From positions 840,001 through 872,000 of the forward strand of contig CP064992.1 of the NCBI GenBank assembly GCA_016699935.1: a stretch of DNA of 32,000 nucleotides. The letters run 5' to 3'. The DNA comes from Candidatus Saccharimonadota bacterium (GTDB taxonomy: Bacteria > Patescibacteriota > Saccharimonadia > Saccharimonadales > UBA4665). The position numbers were made by a program, and so were the translations under genes. The notes beneath the pieces are model-generated. The model was not told the DNA's origin, did not search any database, and saw only the letters and a list, made by a program, of their open reading frames with translations. Shown here one piece after another: positions 9,858 through 17,221 of this stretch. Each line of letters begins with the position of its first letter. Within the stretch, counting starts at the first letter, position 1.

Positions 9858-9929
9858 GGGCGCGCTACGCGCACGATGTCTAAAATCATGTGTCCGTACG
9901 TGCCGATTCAAGTCCGGCCTGCGGCACCA
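9858..9929 (+). pseudogene. 5'-truncated tRNA-Leu-like pseudogene (collapsed D-arm through CCA)
   Basis: CGCGCACGA-TGTCTAAAA-TCATG-TGTCCGTACGTG-CCGATTCAAGTCCGGC-CTGCGGC-ACCA is colinear with the intact tRNA-Leu from the D-stem 3' strand onward. The anticodon loop is an aberrant 9 nt, each stem has one mismatch, and there is no 5' acceptor strand. Confidence 0.55.
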
Positions 9930-10044
9930 AATCTATACTTCACGCTACACTGCGCTCGCCTTTGGCAAGCTTCCCCGCAAAAATCATCTTTTCAAAACCA
10001 TAAAGCACTATAAGGCCTCATTATTTTTACGCTCATAGGGTCTA

Positions 10045-10674
10045 TTATGACGCGGCAGCTTCTAGGCTGGGCGCGTAGGGGTTTAGAACAAGTTCCATCG
10101 GACCGAGAGCAACAGTTCCCTGGTATCGAGTAACTTTTGCCATAAAGATTTCTATGAGTTCATTATATTTAGTAATATCCACGCCAGCTATGAGTCGGAT
10201 AGTTCCCTCAGTTTTGAATTGTGTATTTCTCGTCGCCGAGCTATTGTTTACTTGTAACTGTAGGCGATCTCGCTCTGCAGATAGTGACCGAGCATCTCTT
10301 CCGGTTAAGCGAATGCATAGATCAACAAGGCCTTCATCTGAACTGGGTAAAACCACAGGCTTCCCAGATGCAGTGAATTCTTTGAGCCCCGTACCGCCAT
10401 TTGCCCAACCGCTTAATGTTCGTTCTATGTCCTCTATTCTTCTTCCTTTTAACGCAAGCGAGGCTTGAATTGCCGCTACGACGTCTGTTACACCTAAGAC
10501 TGTAATTGATTGTTCGGGAATACCATAAAAATCTATTTCCGTACGAGTTTTAGCACTATACTCAGCCAGCGCGTCGCAGGCTAGCATATCCAGACTATGT
10601 TGTTCTGGGAGAAGCGGTCTAACCAAAACTAATTCTGGCCTGACCACGCAAAGGTGGCGTTCTGGAGTAGACAT
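10045..10674 (-). CDS. Hypothetical protein (209 aa)
   Basis: Clean ORF in an AT-richer block just downstream of the tRNA-Leu locus. No motif I can name; I looked for 2H-phosphoesterase HxT motifs and did not find them. Confidence 0.5.
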   Translation of the reverse strand: MSTPERHLCVVRPELVLVRPLLPEQHSLDMLACDALAEYSAKTRTEIDFYGIPEQSITVLGVTDVVAAIQASLALKGRRIEDIERTLSGWANGGTGLKEFTASGKPVVLPSSDEGLVDLCIRLTGRDARSLSAERDRLQLQVNNSSATRNTQFKTEGTIRLIAGVDITKYNELIEIFMAKVTRYQGTVALGPMELVLNPYAPSLEAAAS

Positions 10675-10745
10675 ATTATCTTATTAAAGCACCTTACAAG
10701 TAAAAAAGCAAATCTATGCAACCTCGAGAACAAGCCACGTGGTGC

Positions 10746-11015
10746 TTAAATGTTCTGCAAACCGTAAGCTAGAAGAATACCAATAGTATTGAAGGCTATA
10801 TCAGATAGCGAATTGCGCCAGGTCTCGTAGCCAAAAGTAATCCCTAGTTTTGCGAGAACAGGCGAAAGTATAAAAATCTCAAATGGCTCCCACAGCGTTA
10901 CGATTATAAACGCCGGCAAAGGCCCAATCAACCACGCCAGCGCCCCACTGCTCACCACATGCACCAAGCTCCATTTATCAAAAAGTTTGTCATTCCGTTT
11001 GTGTTTCTGCGCCAT
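10746..11015 (-). CDS. Small membrane protein (89 aa, about 3 TM)
   Basis: Hydrophobic segments VVSSGALAWLIGPLPAFIIVTLW, IFILSPVLAKLGI and IAFNTIGILLAYGL. Confidence 0.5.
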   Translation of the reverse strand: MAQKHKRNDKLFDKWSLVHVVSSGALAWLIGPLPAFIIVTLWEPFEIFILSPVLAKLGITFGYETWRNSLSDIAFNTIGILLAYGLQNI

Positions 11016-11052
11016 TGCATAAGTGTATCAAATGCGAATGTAAAGAAAAGGG

Positions 11053-11889
11053 CTAGGCGGCCTTCGTAAGCATACACCGATCCTTTACTTTTGGAATCCT
11101 GGATGGCGGGTGTTTTCTCAGAGTGGTCAGCAGTGTGTCAATCCGTCCCATGCGGAGTACACCTTCCTTAATGCTTGAGGGTATATTGGGTAATATGCCA
11201 CGCGCAAAATCAATAAATTGCTCACGCGGTACGTGGTACGCATCGGGCGGGTTAGCGCACAACAGGACAATATCCGGATGATAATCATAAGATGCAGACG
11301 AGTTGAATTTAATCTGTGCGCGGTACCTCTTTGTCTTGCCGTGCGCTCGCCAACGGACAAGCGCATCCATTGCAAATAACTTCCCTTCATATTGGAAGCC
11401 CATATTTTCTCGACCTAAACAGGGGATCGATAACACGTTATTGCGACACAACCCAATATTTACAAAGGCTTCAGCGGCGGCACCTATGGCATGTGCGTCC
11501 TTCGTTTGAGCATTTTCGCACGCATCAAACAACCTATGGCTTCGACGATAGACTTCTTGCCAACGTTTGCCAACCGAATCGCCGAGGCCAAGTACAACTG
11601 GCAAGAATACGTGTGCTAGGGCAGTCGTAGTATCCGAAAGGTTCATGAGTACAGTCTTCGGAAAAAGAGCTTCATCGGTTTCTTGCCGTAGTCTCTGGTA
11701 CAGTATCTTTTCAGATATCGGGACGTCGGGATGAAGTATAATTTCGGTTTGAATATCAGCTCGGCGGGTCAAAGACCCGCGCGACTCATCAGAATTTTGA
11801 GCTTCTTCGAACCGGTGTAGTGTAGAAAGGTCGAGAAATTCCAGAGACGGCGACACCTGATAGAGGTGTGGGTGTCTGGTGAGGACCAT
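11053..11889 (-). CDS. Hypothetical protein (278 aa), possibly nuclease-like
   Basis: Long ORF. The segment FAMDALVRWRAHGKTKRYRAQIKF could be a D...(Q/E)xK element of a PD-(D/E)xK fold, but this is weak and based on pattern only. Confidence 0.4.
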   Translation of the reverse strand: MVLTRHPHLYQVSPSLEFLDLSTLHRFEEAQNSDESRGSLTRRADIQTEIILHPDVPISEKILYQRLRQETDEALFPKTVLMNLSDTTTALAHVFLPVVLGLGDSVGKRWQEVYRRSHRLFDACENAQTKDAHAIGAAAEAFVNIGLCRNNVLSIPCLGRENMGFQYEGKLFAMDALVRWRAHGKTKRYRAQIKFNSSASYDYHPDIVLLCANPPDAYHVPREQFIDFARGILPNIPSSIKEGVLRMGRIDTLLTTLRKHPPSRIPKVKDRCMLTKAA

Positions 11890-11950
11890 ACTATTGACTA
11901 TATAGCTTTTGTTATGCTGCGAAATGTGATTTATGACACAAAGCTTGTGG

Positions 11951-12853
11951 TTAGGGCTTCAAAGGGTTTTGCGGGGTTTGGAGCCACCAGGTGGCGGCGG
12001 AGGCGGCAGCGGTGACTCGCCAGATGGGTTTTTCACCTGGGATGGCTGATGTAGCGATGTTACCTTTTACCGCGACGACGTAGTGGTCATGGTGGCGGGT
12101 GAGTATATGGAGGTTTGGATACGCCGTTGTGCAATCGTGCAGAAGCTCCACCAACTGCATGAGGCCGAGGTCGCTCGTGAAGGCGTATGGGAGGTGCAGC
12201 GATTTGCCGAGTTTTTGGAGTTGTCCCAGGCTGAGAACGAGAACTGTCTGGTTTTTGTCATCCTGAGCGCTAGCGAAGGATCTCTGGCTTGGATTATCCG
12301 ATAGCAGCGAAGATTCTTCACTTCGTTCAGAATGACGAAGAGTTCGCCCTAGGAGTGACTGCGGCTGCGTGCAGAAAAAGTCGGCTGCATCTTTTGTGAT
12401 GGTTAGCTGGCCGCCGTATTTGCTAGCGAAATTTTCGAGCATAGCATATGTTTCGCTGTTTCGTCCCAGGTCGCCGGCTAGTAGCACGCCGTCGGCCCAC
12501 TGCCCTGCTGCCAGGACTTCGGCGAGTGCACGCATGGCAAAACCGCCACTGGGATTACTCGGGGCAAATTCGGCAGCTGGGAAAAGTCTGCCGACGGTCT
12601 TTTCTAGACAATCCGGCAGTAGCACACGCACAGTGCCGATGCCTGCCCTTTCGGCGCTCGCGTAGGCTTCGGCGGCCGCAGCAAAACTTTGGGCATGGCC
12701 ACCTACAATCAGCAACTTCCCAGCGGCACTTTTCACCTCGGGTCTTGCCCATAACAGATCCGGAAACAGCGCCTTTTCACCTTGTTTGTGCCAGTAGGAC
12801 ATGGAATGCTGTTTGGCGAATGATGAATGAGGCATGGAGCTAGGGTCTTTCAT
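11951..12853 (-). CDS. YjeF C-terminal / carbohydrate-kinase family protein (NAD(P)HX dehydratase-like) carrying an in-frame repeat insertion
   Basis: AAGKLLIVGGHAQSFAAAAEAYASAERAGIGTVRVLLP and VLLAGDLGRNSET resemble the YjeF_C fold motifs. Residues ..LRHSERSEESSLLSDNPSQRSFASAQDDK.. are encoded by the repeat pair at 12257-12336. Confidence 0.55.
   Translation of the reverse strand: MKDPSSMPHSSFAKQHSMSYWHKQGEKALFPDLLWARPEVKSAAGKLLIVGGHAQSFAAAAEAYASAERAGIGTVRVLLPDCLEKTVGRLFPAAEFAPSNPSGGFAMRALAEVLAAGQWADGVLLAGDLGRNSETYAMLENFASKYGGQLTITKDAADFFCTQPQSLLGRTLRHSERSEESSLLSDNPSQRSFASAQDDKNQTVLVLSLGQLQKLGKSLHLPYAFTSDLGLMQLVELLHDCTTAYPNLHILTRHHDHYVVAVKGNIATSAIPGEKPIWRVTAAASAATWWLQTPQNPLKP
12257..12336. 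repeat. Inverted pair of GTCAT-type hairpin repeat units inside a CDS
   Basis: 12257-12284 is GTCATCCTGAGCGCTAGCGAAGGATCTC. The reverse complement of 12309-12336 is GTCATTCTGAACGAAGTGAAGAATCTTC, identical (28/28) to 28209-28236. Confidence 0.8.
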
Positions 12854-12870
12854 GCATTATTCTCCATTCT

Positions 12871-13743
12871 TCATACATCATTCTTCTGCCCCAGTTTGTA
12901 GACGACGTTTTTGCGTTCGACTATGATGGGCCAGTTATGTTCTTTCGCTATGCGAAACAGGTTTTGGTCGGGGCTGAAGGCTATGGGGTGTGTGACGGAT
13001 GCTAGCATAGCAGCGTCGCTGGCGCTATCTCCTACGGCATAGCTTTCATCATAAGTAGCGTTGTGTTTGGCAACTAGTAAATCGAGGGCGGCCTTTTTAT
13101 CGAATATTGGTGTAGTTGCTTTGCCAGTAAAGTGCCCATCTAGTCGTTCAAATTTACCCCCTACCCAGTCGTCAAATCCGTGGTGTTTGGCCAGGAGCTC
13201 GATGACTTCTTGCGGTGAACCACTGATGGCAAAAAGCAAATAACCCCTGCCTTTTAGCTCGGCCACAAGGTCGCGGGTGTAGGTGAAGATTTGGTCTTTG
13301 TACTCATCAAACACCTCCTGTACCACCTGGTCGTATACTGCTGGGTCAATCTGTGGGAGGGCGGCTTTGAACTTTTCAACAAGTAGCTCTTCGTAGCCGT
13401 GGAATCCTTCATTCGTGCGTCGGTTTTTCCACTCCATGCGTGCAGTGTTTATAGCCTCGAAATCACCAGGTGCAAGCTGCCCTGCTTTGCCCAGTTTGTG
13501 GACGACAGCGTGGTAGAGCTGCCAGCGTATGAGCGTACCATCTATGTCAAAAACCGCGAACTTCTGGCGCGCATGCCGGTCAGCCTGCTTGTCGGCGGAG
13601 CCGCCAACTCCACTGACCTCTTCGGCTCCTGCCTGTTTTTCGCACGTACTTCCTCTCTCACCGTACTTCTGTACGGCTCGGTCGGTCGTTCGGCGAGAAA
13701 ACAGCCATGAGCTCGAAGCATGCGCTCCAGAAGCCCTCATTGT
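12871..13743 (-). CDS. HAD-IB family hydrolase (phosphoserine-phosphatase-like)
   Basis: FAVFDIDGTLIRWQLYH (motif I DxDxT), ...LFAISGSPQEV..., ...YAVGDSASDAAML (motif IV). I place the start at the ATG at 13741-13743, just after the upstream gene's stop at 13751. The longer tracked ORF (to 13881) overlaps that gene and is low-complexity. Confidence 0.7.
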   Translation of the reverse strand, partial: TMRASGAHASSSWLFSRRTTDRAVQKYGERGSTCEKQAGAEEVSGVGGSADKQADRHARQKFAVFDIDGTLIRWQLYHAVVHKLGKAGQLAPGDFEAINTARMEWKNRRTNEGFHGYEELLVEKFKAALPQIDPAVYDQVVQEVFDEYKDQIFTYTRDLVAELKGRGYLLFAISGSPQEVIELLAKHHGFDDWVGGKFERLDGHFTGKATTPIFDKKAALDLLVAKHNATYDESYAVGDSASDAAMLASVTHPIAFSPDQNLFRIAKEHNWPIIVERKNVVYKLGQKNDV

Positions 13744-13750
13744 GCAGTGC

Positions 13751-14506
13751 TTATACTTCAAGTAACAGCTCCTTTGCTTTGGCGAGGCAGGCTTCGGCGA
13801 GGTGGCGGGCTTCGGCTTGGTTGCTGGGTTTTTCACCGCGGATGGCACAATCGACAGAGGTGGCGGCCACCCGGATATCATCTAGCGGGTTAATGACCCA
13901 GCTGTGGTCTGGGTTCGTTTGTGCCAGCGACCAGCTGAGGCTATCGGCCGCTTCGTTGAGTCGTGCCTGACGGTGCTGATGTCCTGGTGGAAAACGCTCT
14001 TCGAGGCGATGTAACCACACCTCGGGGGTAGTCACGACCGAAAATACACGGAGCTCGCCGAACCCCAACTGGCGAAACCCATCAATAGAGCTCGAAAATA
14101 TGTCACCGAGGTTATAAGCATATGGATAATCATCTATTTCGCTGCCGTACATAATGAGTGTGTACGGGTTGATGTTGTACTGCAGGTTTTCGTGCTGGGC
14201 AATTTTTCTCAGGATTGGCGCAAGTCCAGCATCTGAGTGCTCATAATAATAGTATCGCTTGGGGTCGTCATCTGCGCGTGGTGGTCGGGACGTAAAGTTG
14301 CGCGTTTTGCCATAGCGCGTTGGATCCAGTGCAACCAGGGCATCCATGAGCGTTGTTTTACCCATGCACGTAGCTCCGACAAAGCAAAGCATGCGAATGA
14401 AACGCAGTTGTTCTAGTACGACATTTGTCGGTTTATATGTCGGCTGTGCTGCAAGTAATTCTTGCAGCCTCTCTTGTGTCCTGGCCGATATCTTGCCTCC
14501 ATTCAT
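13751..14506 (-). CDS. P-loop kinase, guanylate-kinase-like family
   Basis: FVGATCMGKTTLMDAL (P-loop) followed by TRNFTSRPPRADDDPKRYYYYE, which resembles the guanylate kinase TTRPPR...Y-F segment. Confidence 0.5.
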   Translation of the reverse strand: MNGGKISARTQERLQELLAAQPTYKPTNVVLEQLRFIRMLCFVGATCMGKTTLMDALVALDPTRYGKTRNFTSRPPRADDDPKRYYYYEHSDAGLAPILRKIAQHENLQYNINPYTLIMYGSEIDDYPYAYNLGDIFSSSIDGFRQLGFGELRVFSVVTTPEVWLHRLEERFPPGHQHRQARLNEAADSLSWSLAQTNPDHSWVINPLDDIRVAATSVDCAIRGEKPSNQAEARHLAEACLAKAKELLLEV

Positions 14507-14694
14507 ATCCTTAGTCTAACTCCACCCCTGTTTCCATACAACCACAAAATAAACCGTACGGCCATACAATTTAAAACGACCATAGAAGACATCAGACACT
14601 ATTAACTGGGTAAATAATCATGACTGGTTGTATATAGATAGATATTTGCAAAGTATATTTACTAGCATAATTAGTGAGTGACGATCAATAAAAT

Positions 14695-14716
14695 AAACCG
14701 TACGACCGTACGGTTT
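14695..14716 (-). terminator. Perfect 10-bp palindrome AAACCGTACG-AC-CGTACGGTTT; possible rho-independent terminator for the 14911..15480 gene
   Basis: On the minus strand the hairpin is followed by ATTTTATT. A degenerate direct copy of the same about 30 nt lies at 14546-14575. Confidence 0.3.
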
Positions 14717-14851
14717 AAAAATGATGCGGTACATGAGAGTAGGTTGATAGTGGTGGGAGCGAGGCGGGGCTATACGATGCTGGGCTGGCAAGGTTGTTGC
14801 CATATTGAACCTTGTATCACCCCTCACCCTTCATTCGGGCTGGGTAGCTTT

Positions 14852-14928
14852 GGTCTATGGTCTATGGTCTATGGTCTATGGTCTATGGTCTATGGTCTAT
14901 GGTCTATGGTCTATGGTCTATGGTCTAT
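14852..14928. repeat. Perfect heptanucleotide tandem repeat (GGTCTAT)x11
   Basis: Counted directly: 77 nt with no interruptions. The last copies encode the C-terminal LIDHRP and the stop of the minus-strand ORF 14911..15480. Confidence 0.95.
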
Positions 14929-15480
14929 GAGGTCGAGGTAGCGGTCAGGGTTGCGCCAGCAATCATCGTGATCGCCACTTATGAAGACAAGCTCCTCTAC
15001 TGGCAAAACAGCTGGGTTGTACCATGAGCGGTCGTCTCCTTGGGTAATGATCGCCATAGTGCTGAAGCGCTTCGGTCGATAGTTTGGGTGGCGGATGCGG
15101 CGATACATCTTGATTGCTGGGATTGGTCGCGTCAAAGTATACACACAGTTCCACCAGGTTTTCCAGCCGTAGTACTGCAACTGACCATTGCCAAGGATGT
15201 GCACCAGGTCGTACCAGACATGACGAAAGGCATTGTCAAACACATGCCGTCCGGTGTTGCATGATGCGTCGATGATGAGGTATGTTTGACCTGATCTGGG
15301 CAGCTTTAGTAGCAAATGTGCTCCAGAGTGGGCAATGACCAGGTCGGCGCGACGTGGATGTTTGATAATGGTGTAGCCATGGTCTACGAGCGATTGTTGC
15401 ATGCGTTTCCCATGACGTGGCCCCTCTGCAAATCCGTAGACAATGCAGGCGGTTTTACTCAACACTACTTTCCTTCGCAA
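14911..15480 (-). CDS. Putative alpha/beta-fold serine hydrolase (189 aa)
   Basis: LVIAHSGAH is a GxSxG-like nucleophile elbow, and there is a C-terminal ISGDHDD (His) segment. The size fits the small YdeN/RBBP9-type hydrolases. Pattern-level call. Confidence 0.4.
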   Translation of the reverse strand: MRRKVVLSKTACIVYGFAEGPRHGKRMQQSLVDHGYTIIKHPRRADLVIAHSGAHLLLKLPRSGQTYLIIDASCNTGRHVFDNAFRHVWYDLVHILGNGQLQYYGWKTWWNCVYTLTRPIPAIKMYRRIRHPNYRPKRFSTMAIITQGDDRSWYNPAVLPVEELVFISGDHDDCWRNPDRYLDLIDHRP

Positions 15481-16383
15481 AGATGTTTATAGATAAGGCG
15501 CTTGGTGGTCACATTTTCGTGCTCGTTTTTATGGCCGGCAACTGTCCAGGTGAGATGGGCGTTTGGTGCCTTTTGGCTGAGTTCATACGCCGTCTTTGGC
15601 GGACAAACAAAATCGTATCGCCCCTGTACGATGTATAGTGGCATTTTGAGTTTATGCGCATTTTTTAAGATGAATCGGTCTGGCAAAAACACCGTTTTGC
15701 AAGGTAGCGTATTTCTATTTGCATGCTGGTGGGGTCAAAATTGACCGGGTTTATTGGCAGGTAGCTGTCGTCAAGACTCACGACACCACTTTCAAGCTCG
15801 GCATAGGCAAGCGTTGAGGCGACTGCCAAGTCAGCGTCGCTCCCGAGAGCATTAGCAGTATGGTATGCGCCTGGGTTTTTGGTGCTGTTTTGGGGTTGCT
15901 GCAAGATAGCGCTCCCAGACATCAGGAAAATGGGCTTGAAACAGACCTTCATCTAACCAGTCGATCTCGGCTTGTGAGCCAGTAAATACGCCACCGACTA
16001 CAAGTGCACTGACGCGACGAGGTTCACAGATAGCATAGTACAGTGCGAGGCATGAACCCCATGACTCTCCAGTGAGGATAAATGTATCAACTTTAAGGTA
16101 ATCGGCGATGCGTGTAATATCAGCCGCAAGTTCTTGGGTGTTATTGTGATGCCAGCGACCAAGCGGCGTACTTTTGCCACAGCCCCGTTGGTCAAAGAAA
16201 ATAACTCGTTGAGTTTTTGGGTCAAAGCTCAATCGATGTTTGTCTTTCGTGCTGCTACCCGGGCCGCCGTGGAGGAAGATGATGGGCTTTTGGCTTTTTA
16301 TTGCCCCAATCTTGGATGTAGAGCGTGTGGCCATGGCCAACATCTAACATGTGCTCGTCTATGGTGTATGCGTCTGGGTTCAT
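15465..16383 (-). CDS. pip: Proline iminopeptidase / alpha/beta hydrolase, broken into at least 4 frames
   Basis: IIFLHGGPGSS, FFDQRGCGKS and the GESWGSCLALYY nucleophile elbow, with C-terminal LYIVQGRYDFVCPP...HLTWTVAGH. The pieces are 16383-about 16297 (MNPDAYTIDEHMLDVGHGHTLYIQDWGNK), 15852..16343, 15665..15952 and 15465..15692. The junctions lie at the T5 run 16295-16299, the T5 run 15876-15880 and about 15684-15700. Confidence 0.8.
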
Positions 16384-16402
16384 ATAAAAGTGTAGCAATT
16401 AT

Positions 16403-16503
16403 CCTGTCACCTGTCACATAGGATTATCTATTACCCTGTCACGATTGAACCCAATAGATACATGTGACACGGTAATTTTACGTGACACGTTACATGTGAC
16501 AGG
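16403..16503. promoter_or_regulatory. Array of six TGTCAC/GTGACA motifs (3 forward, then 3 reverse) upstream of pip
   Basis: TGTCAC at 16405-16410, 16412-16417 and 16437-16442. GTGACA at 16464-16469, 16482-16487 and 16496-16501. The outermost pair extends to CCTGTCAC / GTGACAGG. The array lies between the HD-gene stop (16514) and the pip start (16383). Confidence 0.5.
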
Positions 16504-16513
16504 CTCATCAAAA

Positions 16514-17176
16514 TTATTTTTCGGGTTTCCAGTCGCCGCCATTGACGCGGTTTTTGGGCGAACCAGCGTGCCAGTGGTCTGGGTCGGTAGCCTGAATCTC
16601 ATCCCACATACGACGTGCAGTTTCGGTGTATAGCTTCGTGTTTGCGACGAGAAGGCGGTTGGCTTGCCAGGTTTTGCGCAGCGCATTACCCTGCATGGCT
16701 TGTTCGCAGAGCTCCATGTCGACATCCAAGTTGTCGGCGTCTTTGACGATCTGGGCCTCGATGCACTCTCGTTTTTCGTACTCTTCTAGCAAGGCGATGA
16801 ATTCCTGGCCCACACTCGTGTCTTCCATCATATCCTTGGCAGCTCCAGCTTCGTCTTTCGTGACGTACTGGCGAGATAAATAGTCAACGTCGCCTGTTCG
16901 GCTTTCGGCTATGTCATGTACCAGCGCCATTTTTACGAGCTTCCCGGTATCTATTTTGCCACCTTCACGGCCAGCAATCACCAGCGCGATCCAGGCCACC
17001 CGGAAATGATGATCGGCTAGGTTAGCAAAATTGACGCTATGAAACCGCCGCCATTGCCGGTCTATCAGACGCAGAGCTCCCAGCTCATACAAAAATCCAC
17101 ATCCCTGTTCATAGGCTACAGTGTAGCATTTTGCATATGACATATAAACAGGTAGCAGAAATTTAGCAGGTGGCAC
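16514..17176 (-). CDS. HD-domain phosphohydrolase (YfbR/5'-deoxynucleotidase-like)
   Basis: ...NLADHHFRVAWIALVIA...MALVHDIAESRTGDVDY... matches the H...HD...D metal-binding pattern of the HD superfamily. The start could be an internal Met (MSYAK..., 17143). Confidence 0.7.
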   Translation of the reverse strand: MPPAKFLLPVYMSYAKCYTVAYEQGCGFLYELGALRLIDRQWRRFHSVNFANLADHHFRVAWIALVIAGREGGKIDTGKLVKMALVHDIAESRTGDVDYLSRQYVTKDEAGAAKDMMEDTSVGQEFIALLEEYEKRECIEAQIVKDADNLDVDMELCEQAMQGNALRKTWQANRLLVANTKLYTETARRMWDEIQATDPDHWHAGSPKNRVNGGDWKPEK

Positions 17177-17221
17177 TTGTCATAGGTGTCGCTTCCCTGC
17201 GACCTGCTATATGTATTTCTG

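Noticed and set aside
9871-9889. Anticodon arm CACGAT-GTCTAAA-ATCATG read as a CUA (amber suppressor) tRNA
   Set aside because: This reading requires a 6-bp anticodon stem with a mismatch. The D arm is collapsed and there is no 5' acceptor strand, so this is a pseudogene fragment rather than a functional suppressor.
13744-13881. N-terminal 46 codons of tracked ORF 12871..13881 (and similarly 19433-19540 of ORF 19103..19540 and 20303-20437 of the ABC ORF)
   Set aside because: These extensions overlap the upstream gene or the tRNA-Ser gene, are low-complexity, and precede a well-placed internal ATG. I treat them as ORF-caller over-extension.
14852-14928. CRISPR array candidates (this tract and the other short tandem repeats)
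   Set aside because: These are contiguous 7-bp units without spacers. No 24-48-bp repeats alternating with unique spacers occur anywhere in the window, and there are no cas genes.
14678-14941. Tracked 87-aa plus-strand ORF ending in GLWSMVYGLWSMVYGLWSMVY
   Set aside because: The repetitive peptide is just the translation of the (GGTCTAT)x11 tract, which is open in all plus-strand frames. The upstream part lies in AT-rich noncoding sequence with no RBS or recognisable fold.
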